Of a stretch of DNA of 64,000 nucleotides, positions 11,145 to 20,268 are shown in pieces; positions within the stretch are counted from its first letter, which is position 1; every line of letters starts with the position of its first letter. Position numbers and translations under genes: made by a program. Location: contig CAKOXD010000001.1 of the NCBI GenBank assembly GCA_934130005.1, positions 78,897 to 142,896 of the forward strand. Direction: 5' to 3'. The notes under the pieces were generated by a model. It did no database searches. It was not told the origin of the DNA and was given only the letters and a program-made list of their open reading frames with translations. Source of the DNA: an uncultured Bacilli bacterium. GTDB taxonomy: Bacteria > Bacillota_I > Bacilli_A > RF39 > UBA660.

Positions 11145-12134
11145 TTACTTCCTTTCTATGTTTTCTTTTATATATTCTAAAAGCATTGTTGCTCTATCAT
11201 ATTCCATTCTCTTTGGCCCTATAATTGCTATAGTTCCTAAAACGCCATCAACATCATATTTAGTTTTAATTATTGTTACATCATCATCAAATTCATTTTC
11301 ACTACCTATATAAATGTTTATGCCATTTTCTTCTTCTTTTATATTACTTATAAAATCTTTATCTTCAAATTTAGAAATGATTTTTTTTATTTTATCAGCA
11401 TCACTAAATTCAGGCTGTTTTAATATATTTGCTCTTCCTTTCATTTTTATATTTGATTCAGTTGTTACATCATTTATAAAATTACAGAAAGCATCAAATA
11501 ATTGTTTTTGAGAATTTACATTATCTTTTATTATTGGTTTTACTTCAAATTCAAGTTTTTCTACTACCTCATCTATTGGAGTACCAACAATATGCTTATT
11601 TATTATATCAATTGTTTGTTTTATTTCTAAAGCAGATATTTCTTCATCTAAAACAACATTTCTATTTTCAACATGTCCTTTATCTGTAACAATAATTGCT
11701 ACTAAGTTATTTTCATTTATAGGTATTACTTCAACTTTACTTATTTTGTTTTCACTTGACGTATTACCCAAAGATATTAATGTACAATTTGTAAGTTCAG
11801 ATACAATTTCTAAACTTTTTTCAATTGTATCACTTAATACAAGTGAACTATTATTAAATACAGTTTGAAGTTTCAACATATCATTTTTATTTATTTTTGT
11901 TGTTTCCATAATGTTATCAACATAATATCTATATCCTGCTTCACTAGGAATTCTACCTGAAGATGTGTGGGTTTTTTCTAAATACCCTAAATCCTCTAAA
12001 TAACTCATTTCATTTCTTATTGTTGCACTTGAACAGTTTAAATTTTGTTCTAATGATTTAGAACCAATAGGTTTGGCTGTTTTGATATATTCTTCAACAA
12101 TTAGCTTTAATAACTTTATCTGTCTACTATTCAC
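11145..12134 (-). CDS. hrcA: Heat-inducible transcription repressor HrcA
   Basis: 329 aa. An N-terminal winged-helix region (KTAKPIGSKSL) matches HrcA. GTG start, preceded by AGGAGGTG. Confidence 0.95.
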   Translation of the reverse strand: MNSRQIKLLKLIVEEYIKTAKPIGSKSLEQNLNCSSATIRNEMSYLEDLGYLEKTHTSSGRIPSEAGYRYYVDNIMETTKINKNDMLKLQTVFNNSSLVLSDTIEKSLEIVSELTNCTLISLGNTSSENKISKVEVIPINENNLVAIIVTDKGHVENRNVVLDEEISALEIKQTIDIINKHIVGTPIDEVVEKLEFEVKPIIKDNVNSQKQLFDAFCNFINDVTTESNIKMKGRANILKQPEFSDADKIKKIISKFEDKDFISNIKEEENGINIYIGSENEFDDDVTIIKTKYDVDGVLGTIAIIGPKRMEYDRATMLLEYIKENIERK

Positions 12135-12178
12135 AAAACACCTCCTTTAGCACTCTCTAACCCTTACTGCCTATTTCA

Positions 12179-12207
12179 TTATACTATTATATGTTAGCAT
12201 TGTCAAT
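12179..12207 (-). promoter_or_regulatory. Sigma-A-type promoter of the hrcA operon
   Basis: On the minus strand, TTGACA (12202-12207) is followed by a 17-nt spacer and then TATAAT (12179-12184). It overlaps the CIRCE element. Confidence 0.55.
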
Positions 12208-12221
12208 ATATGAGTGCTAAT
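12195..12221 (-). promoter_or_regulatory. CIRCE-like operator (HrcA binding site)
   Basis: The minus strand reads TTAGCACTC-N9-CAATGCTAA. The left arm is perfect and the right arm has 2 mismatches. An additional perfect GAGTGCTAA half-site lies at 12148-12156 next to the ribosome-binding site. Confidence 0.6.
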
Positions 12222-12285
12222 TTTTAATATATTTATATTTTTTTATGAACATATTTTTGAATATTATACAAAATAAAAAGGATTT

Positions 12286-12975
12286 TTATGATCCTACTAT
12301 ATTTTTTAATCTTTTAATTACTTTTTTTTCTATTCTAGATATATATGATTGACTTATACCCAACATTTTAGCAACATCTTTTTGAGTCATTTCTTCATTA
12401 TTAAAAAGTCCATATCTAAGTATCATTATTTGTCTATCTCTTTTATTTAATTTATTTATTTCTTTTTGAAGAATTTTCTTATCATTTTCCTCTTCTATTC
12501 CTTTTGTTACTATATCAGCATCTGTTCCTAATATATCTTCTAAATGAAGTTCATTTCCCTCTGCATCATAACTTAAACTATCTTCAAATGAAACTTCTGT
12601 CTTTCTCTTTTTATTTTTTCTTAAATACATTAATATTTCATTATCTATACATCTTGATGCATAAGTAGCAAGTTTTATATTTTTATCTAATTTATATGTG
12701 TTAACACCTTTTATAAGTCCTATTGTTCCTATACTTACTAAATCTTCTAAATCTACTTTAGTGTTCTCATATTTTTTTGATAAATATACTACTAGTCTTA
12801 AGTTATGTTCTATTAACTTTTCTCTAGCATGTATATCTCCATTCATTGATTTTTCTACATATTTAATTTCTTCTTCTTTAGAAAGAGGTTCTGGTAATTT
12901 GTCAGTACTACCTATAAAAAATATATTATTTTTTATTAATACTTCCTTTATTTTTTTTATTAATTTTTTTATCAT
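12286..12975 (-). CDS. sigE: Sporulation sigma factor (pro-sigma-E-like)
   Basis: Sigma-70 regions 2-4 are present. The N-terminal pro-sequence (FFIGSTDKLPEPLS) is as in SigE/SigK. Its start abuts the stop of a spoIIGA-like gene. Confidence 0.8.
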   Translation of the reverse strand: MIKKLIKKIKEVLIKNNIFFIGSTDKLPEPLSKEEEIKYVEKSMNGDIHAREKLIEHNLRLVVYLSKKYENTKVDLEDLVSIGTIGLIKGVNTYKLDKNIKLATYASRCIDNEILMYLRKNKKRKTEVSFEDSLSYDAEGNELHLEDILGTDADIVTKGIEEENDKKILQKEINKLNKRDRQIMILRYGLFNNEEMTQKDVAKMLGISQSYISRIEKKVIKRLKNIVGS

Positions 12976-13761
12976 TTATTTTTCCAATATAGTTTGCCCT
13001 ATTATGCAATCTATTCCTTCCATTTTAATTTTTAAAGGTGATAATCCTATTAAAATATTCTTTTTTAATTCTATCCCATCTATATTTACTTTATCTGGTT
13101 TTATACATTTAATTAAACTATTATTATTTATAGTATTTATTGGAACTAATATATAATTATCTATATCTTTTTCTTTTATAATATTTTTATTAATTATTAT
13201 TATTGGTAAATTTAAATATGGATCTTTTAATTTATTTCCTGTATCTAAATAAGAATTTAAATTTAATATTCTATCTTTATAATATATGTCTATTTTATGA
13301 TAATAAGAATAATTATTTTTTAATTCCTTATTTTGTTTTATATATAAATATAATATTAAAGGTGATATTATTAATAATAAAATAAAGTTTATACTAAGAC
13401 CATTATGATAAAAAACAATTCCTTCCTTTTTATATGAAAATTCTATATTAAGTAAATATAAAAATCCCCCTAATATAATACTTGAAATATATAAATATGA
13501 AAGATTTTTTATTGTATATTTTAAATTTTTATATCCAAATGTTATCAAAATCATAATAATACTTATAAATATTTTAAAAACAAATAATTCAATACTATTT
13601 ATTTTTATAAATAATAAAAGTACACTAAGTGATCCTATTAAACTTCCAATTATAAGTCTTATAATTTTAATATTTCTCTTTAAGGTGAGTGCCACTGTTA
13701 ACAATAATATTAAATCAAAAGAAAAATTAATAAATAATACTAAATCAAGATATATTTTCAT
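12976..13761 (-). CDS. spoIIGA: Sigma-E processing peptidase SpoIIGA-like
   Basis: The N-terminus is polytopic and membrane-spanning. The C-terminal domain carries an LDTGN aspartic-protease-like motif. It sits immediately upstream of the pro-sigma gene. Confidence 0.7.
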   Translation of the reverse strand: MKIYLDLVLFINFSFDLILLLTVALTLKRNIKIIRLIIGSLIGSLSVLLLFIKINSIELFVFKIFISIIMILITFGYKNLKYTIKNLSYLYISSIILGGFLYLLNIEFSYKKEGIVFYHNGLSINFILLLIISPLILYLYIKQNKELKNNYSYYHKIDIYYKDRILNLNSYLDTGNKLKDPYLNLPIIIINKNIIKEKDIDNYILVPINTINNNSLIKCIKPDKVNIDGIELKKNILIGLSPLKIKMEGIDCIIGQTILEK

Positions 13762-13781
13762 ATTATCACCTAGTTTATTAT

Positions 13782-13814
13782 AAAAAAAAAGACATAATAT
13801 TTATGTCGTTTTTT
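13782..13814 (-). terminator. Rho-independent terminator after lepA (bidirectional shape)
   Basis: Perfect palindrome GACATAA-TAT-TTATGTC flanked by an A9 run and a T6 run. Confidence 0.6.
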
Positions 13815-13815
13815 G

Positions 13816-15612
13816 TTAATTATCTTCCATTTTAAGTACTGATAAAAATGCTTCTTGAGGGATTTCTACATTTCCTACCATTTTCATTCTTTTTTTACCT
13901 TCTTTTTGTTTTTCAAGTAATTTTCTTTTTCTTGATACATCTCCACCATAACATTTAGCAAGTACATTTTTTCTTACAGCTTTTATTGTTTCACGAGCTA
14001 TTACTTTACTTCCTATACAAGCTTGAATTGGTACTTCAAATTGTTGTCTTGGAATTATTTCTTTTAATGTAGAAACTACTTGTTTTCCTCTATTGTATGC
14101 AAAATCTTTATGAACTATAATACTTAATGCATCAACTATATTTCCATTTAATAAAATATCCATTTTTACTAAATTTGATTCTTTATATCCTATAATTTCA
14201 TAATCAAATGAAGCATATCCTTTTGTATAAGATTTTAATTTATCAAAAAAATCATATACTATCTCTGAAAGTGGAATTTCATAATGAATATTTACTCTTG
14301 TTTTATCTAAATATTCAAGTGAAACATAATTACCTCTTTTATTTTGACAAAGTTCCATTATAGGTCCAATATACTCACTTGGAACAAATATATTTGTTTT
14401 TATATATGGTTCTTTTATATTATTTATTTTTACTTTTTCTGGCATTTTTGATGGACTATCAACCATTATATGTGTTTTATCTGTAAGTTCTACATCATAA
14501 ATAACAGAAGGAGATGTTGCAATTAAATCTATATTAAATTCTCTCTCAATTCTTTCTTCAATTATTTCCATATGTAATAGACCTAAAAAACCACATCTAA
14601 ATCCAAAACCTAATGCTTCAGAGGTTTCAGGAGAAAACTCTAAAGATGCATCATTTAATTTTAATTTTTCTAGTGCTTCTTTTAAATCTTCAAATTTGCT
14701 TGATTCGATTGGATATATCCCACAGAAAACCATAGGTTTCATTGGTTTATATCCTTCTATAGGTTCTATATTTTCATTAGCTTTAGTTATTGTATCCCCT
14801 ACTTTTACATCTTCTATACTTTTAATACTAGCAGCTAAAAATCCTACTTCTCCTGTTAAAAGTTCATCACATTTTTGTTCATATGGATTATGTACACCAA
14901 GTGATGTCACTTCATAAGTAGCTCCAGTTGCTATCATTTTAATTTTATCACCTATTTTAATTTTTCCATCCATTATTCTTATAGAAGTTACAATTCCCCT
15001 ATATGCATCAAAATAGCTATCAAATATTAATGCTTTAAGTGGATTTTCTATATTTCCTTTAGGAGCAGGTATTTTTTTTATTATTTCTTCTACTAATTCT
15101 TTTATTCCAATTCCGCATTTAGCACTTACAAGTAATATATCTTCTTCTTTAAATCCAAGTGTATCCATTAATTCTTTTTTTACCTTATCTATATCTGCAT
15201 TTGGTAAATCAATTTTATTTATTACTGGTATTATCTCTAAATTATTTTCAAGTGCTAAATATAAATTAGCAAGTGTTTGTGCTTCTATACCCTGAGCAGC
15301 ATCAACAACAAGTATAGCTCCTTCGCATGCCTTTAAACTTCTTGATACTTCATACGAAAAATCTACATGTCCTGGCGTATCTATTAAATGTAAATAATAT
15401 TCTTCATTGTTATATTTATATTTTAATTGAACTGCATTAAGTTTTATTGTTATACCGCGTTCTCTTTCTATATCCATATTATCTAATAATTGTTCTTTTT
15501 TTTCTCTTTCACTTACAGCTCCTGTTATATCAAGTATTCTATCTGCTAATGTACTTTTACCATGATCTATATGAGCTATTATTGAAAAATTTCTTATGTT
15601 TTGTTGTTTCAT
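13816..15612 (-). CDS. lepA: Elongation factor 4 (LepA)
   Basis: 598 aa. GTP-binding motifs AHIDHGKST and DTPGH are present, together with the LepA C-terminal domain. Confidence 0.95.
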   Translation of the reverse strand: MKQQNIRNFSIIAHIDHGKSTLADRILDITGAVSEREKKEQLLDNMDIERERGITIKLNAVQLKYKYNNEEYYLHLIDTPGHVDFSYEVSRSLKACEGAILVVDAAQGIEAQTLANLYLALENNLEIIPVINKIDLPNADIDKVKKELMDTLGFKEEDILLVSAKCGIGIKELVEEIIKKIPAPKGNIENPLKALIFDSYFDAYRGIVTSIRIMDGKIKIGDKIKMIATGATYEVTSLGVHNPYEQKCDELLTGEVGFLAASIKSIEDVKVGDTITKANENIEPIEGYKPMKPMVFCGIYPIESSKFEDLKEALEKLKLNDASLEFSPETSEALGFGFRCGFLGLLHMEIIEERIEREFNIDLIATSPSVIYDVELTDKTHIMVDSPSKMPEKVKINNIKEPYIKTNIFVPSEYIGPIMELCQNKRGNYVSLEYLDKTRVNIHYEIPLSEIVYDFFDKLKSYTKGYASFDYEIIGYKESNLVKMDILLNGNIVDALSIIVHKDFAYNRGKQVVSTLKEIIPRQQFEVPIQACIGSKVIARETIKAVRKNVLAKCYGGDVSRKRKLLEKQKEGKKRMKMVGNVEIPQEAFLSVLKMEDN

Positions 15613-15658
15613 GATATCACCTAATTCATTATATCACGGATATTTTTTTATGTAAATT

Positions 15659-15686
15659 AAAAAGAAAAATACCATTAAGGTATTTT
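15659..15686 (-). terminator. Terminator hairpin downstream of the pilin gene
   Basis: AAAAATACC-ATTAA-GGTATTTTT stem-loop directly after the pilin stop codon. Confidence 0.5.
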
Positions 15687-15689
15687 TTA

Positions 15690-16758
15690 CTAATTGATTT
15701 CCCATTCAGAAAAGAAGACGTAAGTCGCCTCTGGTCTTAACACATAGTTTCCTGGCTCAAAAGATATAGTTTTATAATTTTTAGTATTACCTGTACTGAA
15801 CTTTATATAAACTTCTTCAGAATTATCATCATTTACAGTACTAATTATAGCCGTATTTCCACTACTACCACCACTATCAGAGTAACGTGATCCAGAAAAC
15901 GATATTGTAATTGGTGTTTTAACTGTAAAGTATACATAGCAATTAACCATTTTATAAACAGAAAAGGCCTTTGTAAAAGAAATAAAATTAGTAGTATAAT
16001 CGCCATCAGTCAATCCTTCATATAACTTATTCATTAAATCTTTATCAGAAGATTCGACCTTTCCAGTACTTGCCTTTCCACCAAATGTTCCCTTAGTAAA
16101 TACAAGTGGCGCATCATCTATATTTACGGTTATAGCTACTTTTTTTATTGGCACATTATCTTTTGATATAATTATTTTTACTTTTCCACTCTTCTTAGCA
16201 ATAACAAGTCCATTTGAATCTACTGTAGCAATATTTTCATCACTACTTATATATGTATATCCATCCTCATGTTCTAATTGCAACCTTTTATACATTGACT
16301 TTTTTTGCACTGTTAATTTATTAGTTGAACATGTTCCAATTACATTTGATTTATTACTACTATATTCTATTTCATACCCATTTATACATAATGATGCATT
16401 TTCTACCTTTTTTTTACTTATTGTTACTGTTCCACTACTTGGTCTAGTTCCTTTAACATTGATACTATCTTCTATATCCAACACATCAATATCTTCGCCA
16501 TTTTCTATTAGTGGATATTTGTCTTTATTTATCATATTCATTGAATTATTATATTCAATCGCCTCTATATATCCATATGCACTATCTACTGCGGCACTTT
16601 TTCTTGCATCATTTATCATGTTTAATATTATTGGTGTTGCGATTAATGCAATGATTGCTAATATCACTATAACTGCAAGTAACTCTATAAGTGTAAATCC
16701 TTTCTTTAGGTTATCTAAATAACCCCCCCCCGAATTTTCTATTTGCTAACATAATCAT
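15690..16758 (-). CDS. Type IV pilin-like protein, out of frame at a homopolymer: an ATG and leader (MIMLANRKFGGG) lie in a different frame from the pilin body
   Basis: The pilin frame reads ...YLDNLKKG|FTLIELLAVIVILAIIALIATPII..., a canonical prepilin-peptidase site with the N-terminal hydrophobic helix. There is no in-frame start upstream of KKGF. The only nearby start is the ATG at 16756-16758, which lies upstream of the C9 run at 16723-16731 and is in frame only if the run were 8 or 11. The ORF-track CDS 15690..16667 starts at a GTG inside the helix. Confidence 0.7.
16723..16731 (-). repeat. Homopolymeric C9 tract (G9 in gene sense) in the pilin leader
   Basis: Nine consecutive C in a genome of roughly 25% GC, exactly between the ATG and the prepilin cleavage site. 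Confidence 0.9.
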
Positions 16759-16784
16759 ACCTACTTTCTATTTTCTACATATTA

Positions 16785-16813
16785 ATAATACAACAAAAAA
16801 TATCTTTTTGCAA
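16785..16813 (-). promoter_or_regulatory. Sigma-A-like promoter of the pilin gene
   Basis: On the minus strand, TTGCAA is followed by a 17-nt spacer and then TATTAT, about 25 nt upstream of the ribosome-binding site and ATG. Confidence 0.45.
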
Positions 16814-16820
16814 GTTAAAT

Positions 16821-17177
16821 TTACCCTAACATATTATTAAGAAAATTAAATGTTGCCTCTAATCCTTTTGAAACAGTATTTCCTATTTTATCAGATATTT
16901 TATTTCCTATTTTTGATAATTTTGATTCATAATTATTACTTTCTTTTACAACATAATCATTAATATCTATATTTTTCCCTTCATCTACATCTTTTTCAAA
17001 TTGTTTTATTTTTTCCTCTGTTAGTACCTTTTTATTATGTTGTTCAAATTCATAATAACCAGTTGCTTCTGATATATAAAGAGCTGTAAATCCTACTAAT
17101 AATATTAAAAAGAATTTCCAAAATATTTTACTTATTATTTTTTTTACTTTTTCATTTTCCATTTTAACCCTCCACAT
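16821..17177 (-). CDS. yqxA: YqxA-like small membrane protein
   Basis: 118 aa with one N-terminal transmembrane segment. It overlaps the end of spoIIP by 14 nt, and its position between spoIIP and lepA matches Bacillus synteny. Confidence 0.45.
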   Translation of the reverse strand: MWRVKMENEKVKKIISKIFWKFFLILLVGFTALYISEATGYYEFEQHNKKVLTEEKIKQFEKDVDEGKNIDINDYVVKESNNYESKLSKIGNKISDKIGNTVSKGLEATFNFLNNMLG

Positions 17178-18138
17178 ATTCTTTTATTATATCTGACATT
17201 GCAATTGATGTATTCATAACTTCTTCAATAGTATTCTCTACTCCTCCAAATTCTATTAAAACAATATTTTTATTTAAATCTTGATTATAAATCCCATTTA
17301 CATATTTTCCTTCTTTTTTTAATATTCCTCTTGATAAGTTTGGATATTTTTTATTTATTATACTATTAAGTTTATTTGCCGTTTCTAAATTTTGTTTATA
17401 ATTCTTATGTTCTAATCCTACTACAAATAAAACTTTAGCATACTTTTTATTATTTATAACAACTGTTGTTGCTTTTTTACTTACAGAATCTCTGTGCAAA
17501 TCAATTATTAATTTTAAATTTGGGTATTTTTTTAATGTATCTTTTATATAATATCTACTTGCTTTATAACTATTACTATAATCCCATCCATTTGTATTTA
17601 AAAAATCTTTTATATTACCAGTCTCTACTATAGTATTTATTTTTTTATTATTAAGATTTTCTCTTAATATATATGATGCCATCATAACATTTGGTGTTAT
17701 ATTATAATCTTCATATATTTTTTTATTATAACTTTCAAGTTGATGTGTATTATATATATACACTAAAGGATTATCAACTTCCTCTTTTTTTGGATCTTCT
17801 ATATATTTACTATTTTCATTTTTTTCTTGTTTATTATCTGATGCCGTAGTACTATACATCACTTTTATAGAATCATCAGTTTTATAATTAAAATTATTTT
17901 CTAATATATTAACAGGATCTTTTAAATCTAAATTCAATACTAATTTTATGGTTTTGTTTAATATACTATTATAATCTTTGATATATAATTCATAATATTT
18001 TTTGTCATTTAATAATAACTTAATAAATTCTTCATTGTTATTAGTAAGTTTTATTTTTATATATATACTATTTACAACTTCAAGAATTAAAAATATTATT
18101 ATAATATAACTTGTATATTTAAATATTCTTTTTTTCAT
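17164..18138 (-). CDS. spoIIP: Stage II sporulation protein P
   Basis: An N-terminal signal anchor is present. Conserved SpoIIP blocks include VYIYNTHQLESY, LIIDLHRDS and VLIEFGGVENT. Confidence 0.8.
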   Translation of the reverse strand: MKKRIFKYTSYIIIIFLILEVVNSIYIKIKLTNNNEEFIKLLLNDKKYYELYIKDYNSILNKTIKLVLNLDLKDPVNILENNFNYKTDDSIKVMYSTTASDNKQEKNENSKYIEDPKKEEVDNPLVYIYNTHQLESYNKKIYEDYNITPNVMMASYILRENLNNKKINTIVETGNIKDFLNTNGWDYSNSYKASRYYIKDTLKKYPNLKLIIDLHRDSVSKKATTVVINNKKYAKVLFVVGLEHKNYKQNLETANKLNSIINKKYPNLSRGILKKEGKYVNGIYNQDLNKNIVLIEFGGVENTIEEVMNTSIAMSDIIKEYVEG

Positions 18139-18204
18139 AGAATCACCCTTTTTAATGATTATATGATTTTTTTTATAAATATATTGTCAAAAAAAAGATA
18201 CATT

Positions 18205-18648
18205 TTAGTATCTTTTTATTTTTTTTAATAATTTATTCTGAATTTCAATATTATCTTCTCTAAATATGTTATATATACTATAATATACTTCATTTATTTC
18301 TTCTTTTCCTTGCATTATATTTATATAATAATCTAATATTTTTATTTTATTTTCATCTATCAATTCTAAATATTCTTTACTAATAATTATATTATCAAAT
18401 AAAAGTAAAGATTTATCTGTTAATACAAGTTCATATACATTTTCATTTATTTGGAAAAAATAAATATCTAAAATTACTTCAGAATTATAATGATGTTTTA
18501 TTTGTTCTTTTATTTTTTCTTTATTTTCTAATAATAAAGTATTAACAGGTTCTTTTTTATATTTTGTTGCATTATTTACAATGAATGATTTTTCTAAATA
18601 AGAACCTTTTTTACTTAAATAACCAAAATTAAGCATATTTACCCCCAT
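18205..18648 (-). CDS. Hypothetical protein
   Basis: 147-aa ORF with no recognisable motif. Confidence 0.45.
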   Translation of the reverse strand: MGVNMLNFGYLSKKGSYLEKSFIVNNATKYKKEPVNTLLLENKEKIKEQIKHHYNSEVILDIYFFQINENVYELVLTDKSLLLFDNIIISKEYLELIDENKIKILDYYINIMQGKEEINEVYYSIYNIFREDNIEIQNKLLKKIKRY

Positions 18649-18657
18649 ACAATTTTT

Positions 18658-18867
18658 CTAAAATCCTTGTATAAAACACAATACAAAGAATACTACACCT
18701 AGGAGAATTGTTAATCTTGTTATAAATAATTCTCCTCCTCTTTCTTTTCTATTTTGAAATAATTGACTACTTCCGCCTGATATTATATTTGATTCATCTA
18801 CTTTTCCAGCTTGTAATAAAACAACAGCTATAAGTAATATTGATACAATTATTAGTGCTATTTTCAT
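18658..18867 (-). CDS. secG: Preprotein translocase subunit SecG
   Basis: 69 aa with two transmembrane segments. The motif LIAVVLLQAGK...GG...LF is typical of SecG. Confidence 0.75.
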   Translation of the reverse strand: MKIALIIVSILLIAVVLLQAGKVDESNIISGGSSQLFQNRKERGGELFITRLTILLGVVFFVLCFIQGF

Positions 18868-18919
18868 AATTTCCTCCCAACATACTATAATTTATCATAA
18901 TTTATTATTTTTATCAAGT

Positions 18920-19894
18920 TTATTCTAGTATTTTTCCTATTATACTTGTTTTATCTTGTAAACCATTTAAATATTCTATTGTTTTCATTTTCTTTTTGCC
19001 TTCTATTTGCAATTCAGTAATAACAATTTCACCATTACTTACTTTTACCCCAATTCCGTCTTCATAAATATTTAAAATTTGTCCATTGATTTTAAAAGGA
19101 TCAGCATAACTAGATATTCTAGAAGACCATATTTTCATTCTTTTACCTTCAAATATAGCATATGCACCTGGCCATGAATTAAGTCCTCTTATTTGATTAT
19201 ATACTTGTTTTGTAGTTTTATTAAAATCAATCTTTTCGTCTTCTTTACTTATGTTTTTAGCATATGTTGCTTCATCATTATTTTGAGGTGTTCTCTTAGC
19301 TGTACCATTTATTATACTAGGTAATACTTCAAGTAATAAATCAGTTCCTAAAGCACTTAATTTATCATGTAATGTAGAAGCAGTATCAGTGTCTTCTATT
19401 TCTATTTCTCTTTCTTCAATTATATCTCCTTCATCCATTCTAGGATTCATATGCATAATTGTAATTCCTGTTTTTTTATACCCGTCTATAATAGCATGGT
19501 GTATAGGTGCTCCTCCTCTTAATTTTGGAAGAAGTGATGCATGTACATTAATACATCCATATTTAGGATATACTAAAAGTTCTCTTGGTATTATTTGACC
19601 ATATGCACATGTAATTATCAAATTTGGATGTAATGAAACTACATCTTGCCATTCTTCCTTTATTTTTTCTGGCTGTAACACTAAGATAAGATTATCGTTT
19701 GCAAATTTTTTTACTGGAGATGCTGTTAAAACACCATTTCTACCAACTTTTTTATCTGGTTGTGTAACAACAGCCCTTACATTATAGTTTTTAGTTAATG
19801 CTTCAAGTATTGGTACACTAAATTCTGGTGTTCCCATAAAAACAATTCTAACTTCTTCATCTACATTAATTTTATCTATATCATAATTTTCCAT
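18920..19894 (-). CDS. fmt: Methionyl-tRNA formyltransferase
   Basis: N-terminal RIVFMGTPEFSVPIL. A formyltransferase core with HASLLP is present, plus the Fmt C-terminal domain. Confidence 0.9.
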   Translation of the reverse strand: MENYDIDKINVDEEVRIVFMGTPEFSVPILEALTKNYNVRAVVTQPDKKVGRNGVLTASPVKKFANDNLILVLQPEKIKEEWQDVVSLHPNLIITCAYGQIIPRELLVYPKYGCINVHASLLPKLRGGAPIHHAIIDGYKKTGITIMHMNPRMDEGDIIEEREIEIEDTDTASTLHDKLSALGTDLLLEVLPSIINGTAKRTPQNNDEATYAKNISKEDEKIDFNKTTKQVYNQIRGLNSWPGAYAIFEGKRMKIWSSRISSYADPFKINGQILNIYEDGIGVKVSNGEIVITELQIEGKKKMKTIEYLNGLQDKTSIIGKILE

Positions 19895-19986
19895 TTTATC
19901 ACCATATATATTCTATCATAAAACACAAAAAAACAAAAGGGAGACTTTTGTTTAATCGAGAATATTACTCGAGGGTATATTTATAT

Positions 19987-20063
19987 TGGTGACCAGTACG
20001 AGATTCGAACTCGTGAATGCTGCCGTGAAAGGGCAGTGTGTTAAGCCACTTCACCAACTGGCC
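19987..20063 (-). tRNA. tRNA-Glu (anticodon UUC)
   Basis: Cloverleaf GGCCAGTTGGTGAAGTGGC...CTGCC-CTTTCAC-GGCAG...TTCGAATC...ACTGGTCACCA. CCA is encoded. It resembles Bacillus tRNA-Glu. Confidence 0.85.
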
Positions 20064-20073
20064 AAAAAAAATA

Positions 20074-20149
20074 TGGCGCCTAATGTAGGACTCGAACCTA
20101 CGACCTGTCGGTTAACAGCCGAATGCTCTACCAACTGAGCTAATTAGGC
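20074..20149 (-). tRNA. tRNA-Asn (anticodon GUU)
   Basis: GCCTAATTAGCTCAGTTGGTAGAGC...anticodon loop CTGTTAA...GGTTCGAGTCC...ATTAGGCGCCA. Confidence 0.85.
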
Positions 20150-20268
20150 AACCCCATATCAGTTTGTCTTAATCACTAAGACTATTTCATTATATACTAG
20201 ATTAAAGCATTTGGCAATACCTTTTTTAAAATTTTTTTATTTTTTTTATTTTATAGAAAAAGTACATA

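Noticed and set aside
19905-19935. Hairpin ACAAAAG-TCTCCC-CTTTTGT plus T-run between the tRNAs and fmt, considered as a regulatory attenuator
   Set aside because: It is most simply the terminator of the tRNA-Asn/tRNA-Glu transcript. There is nothing to suggest more.
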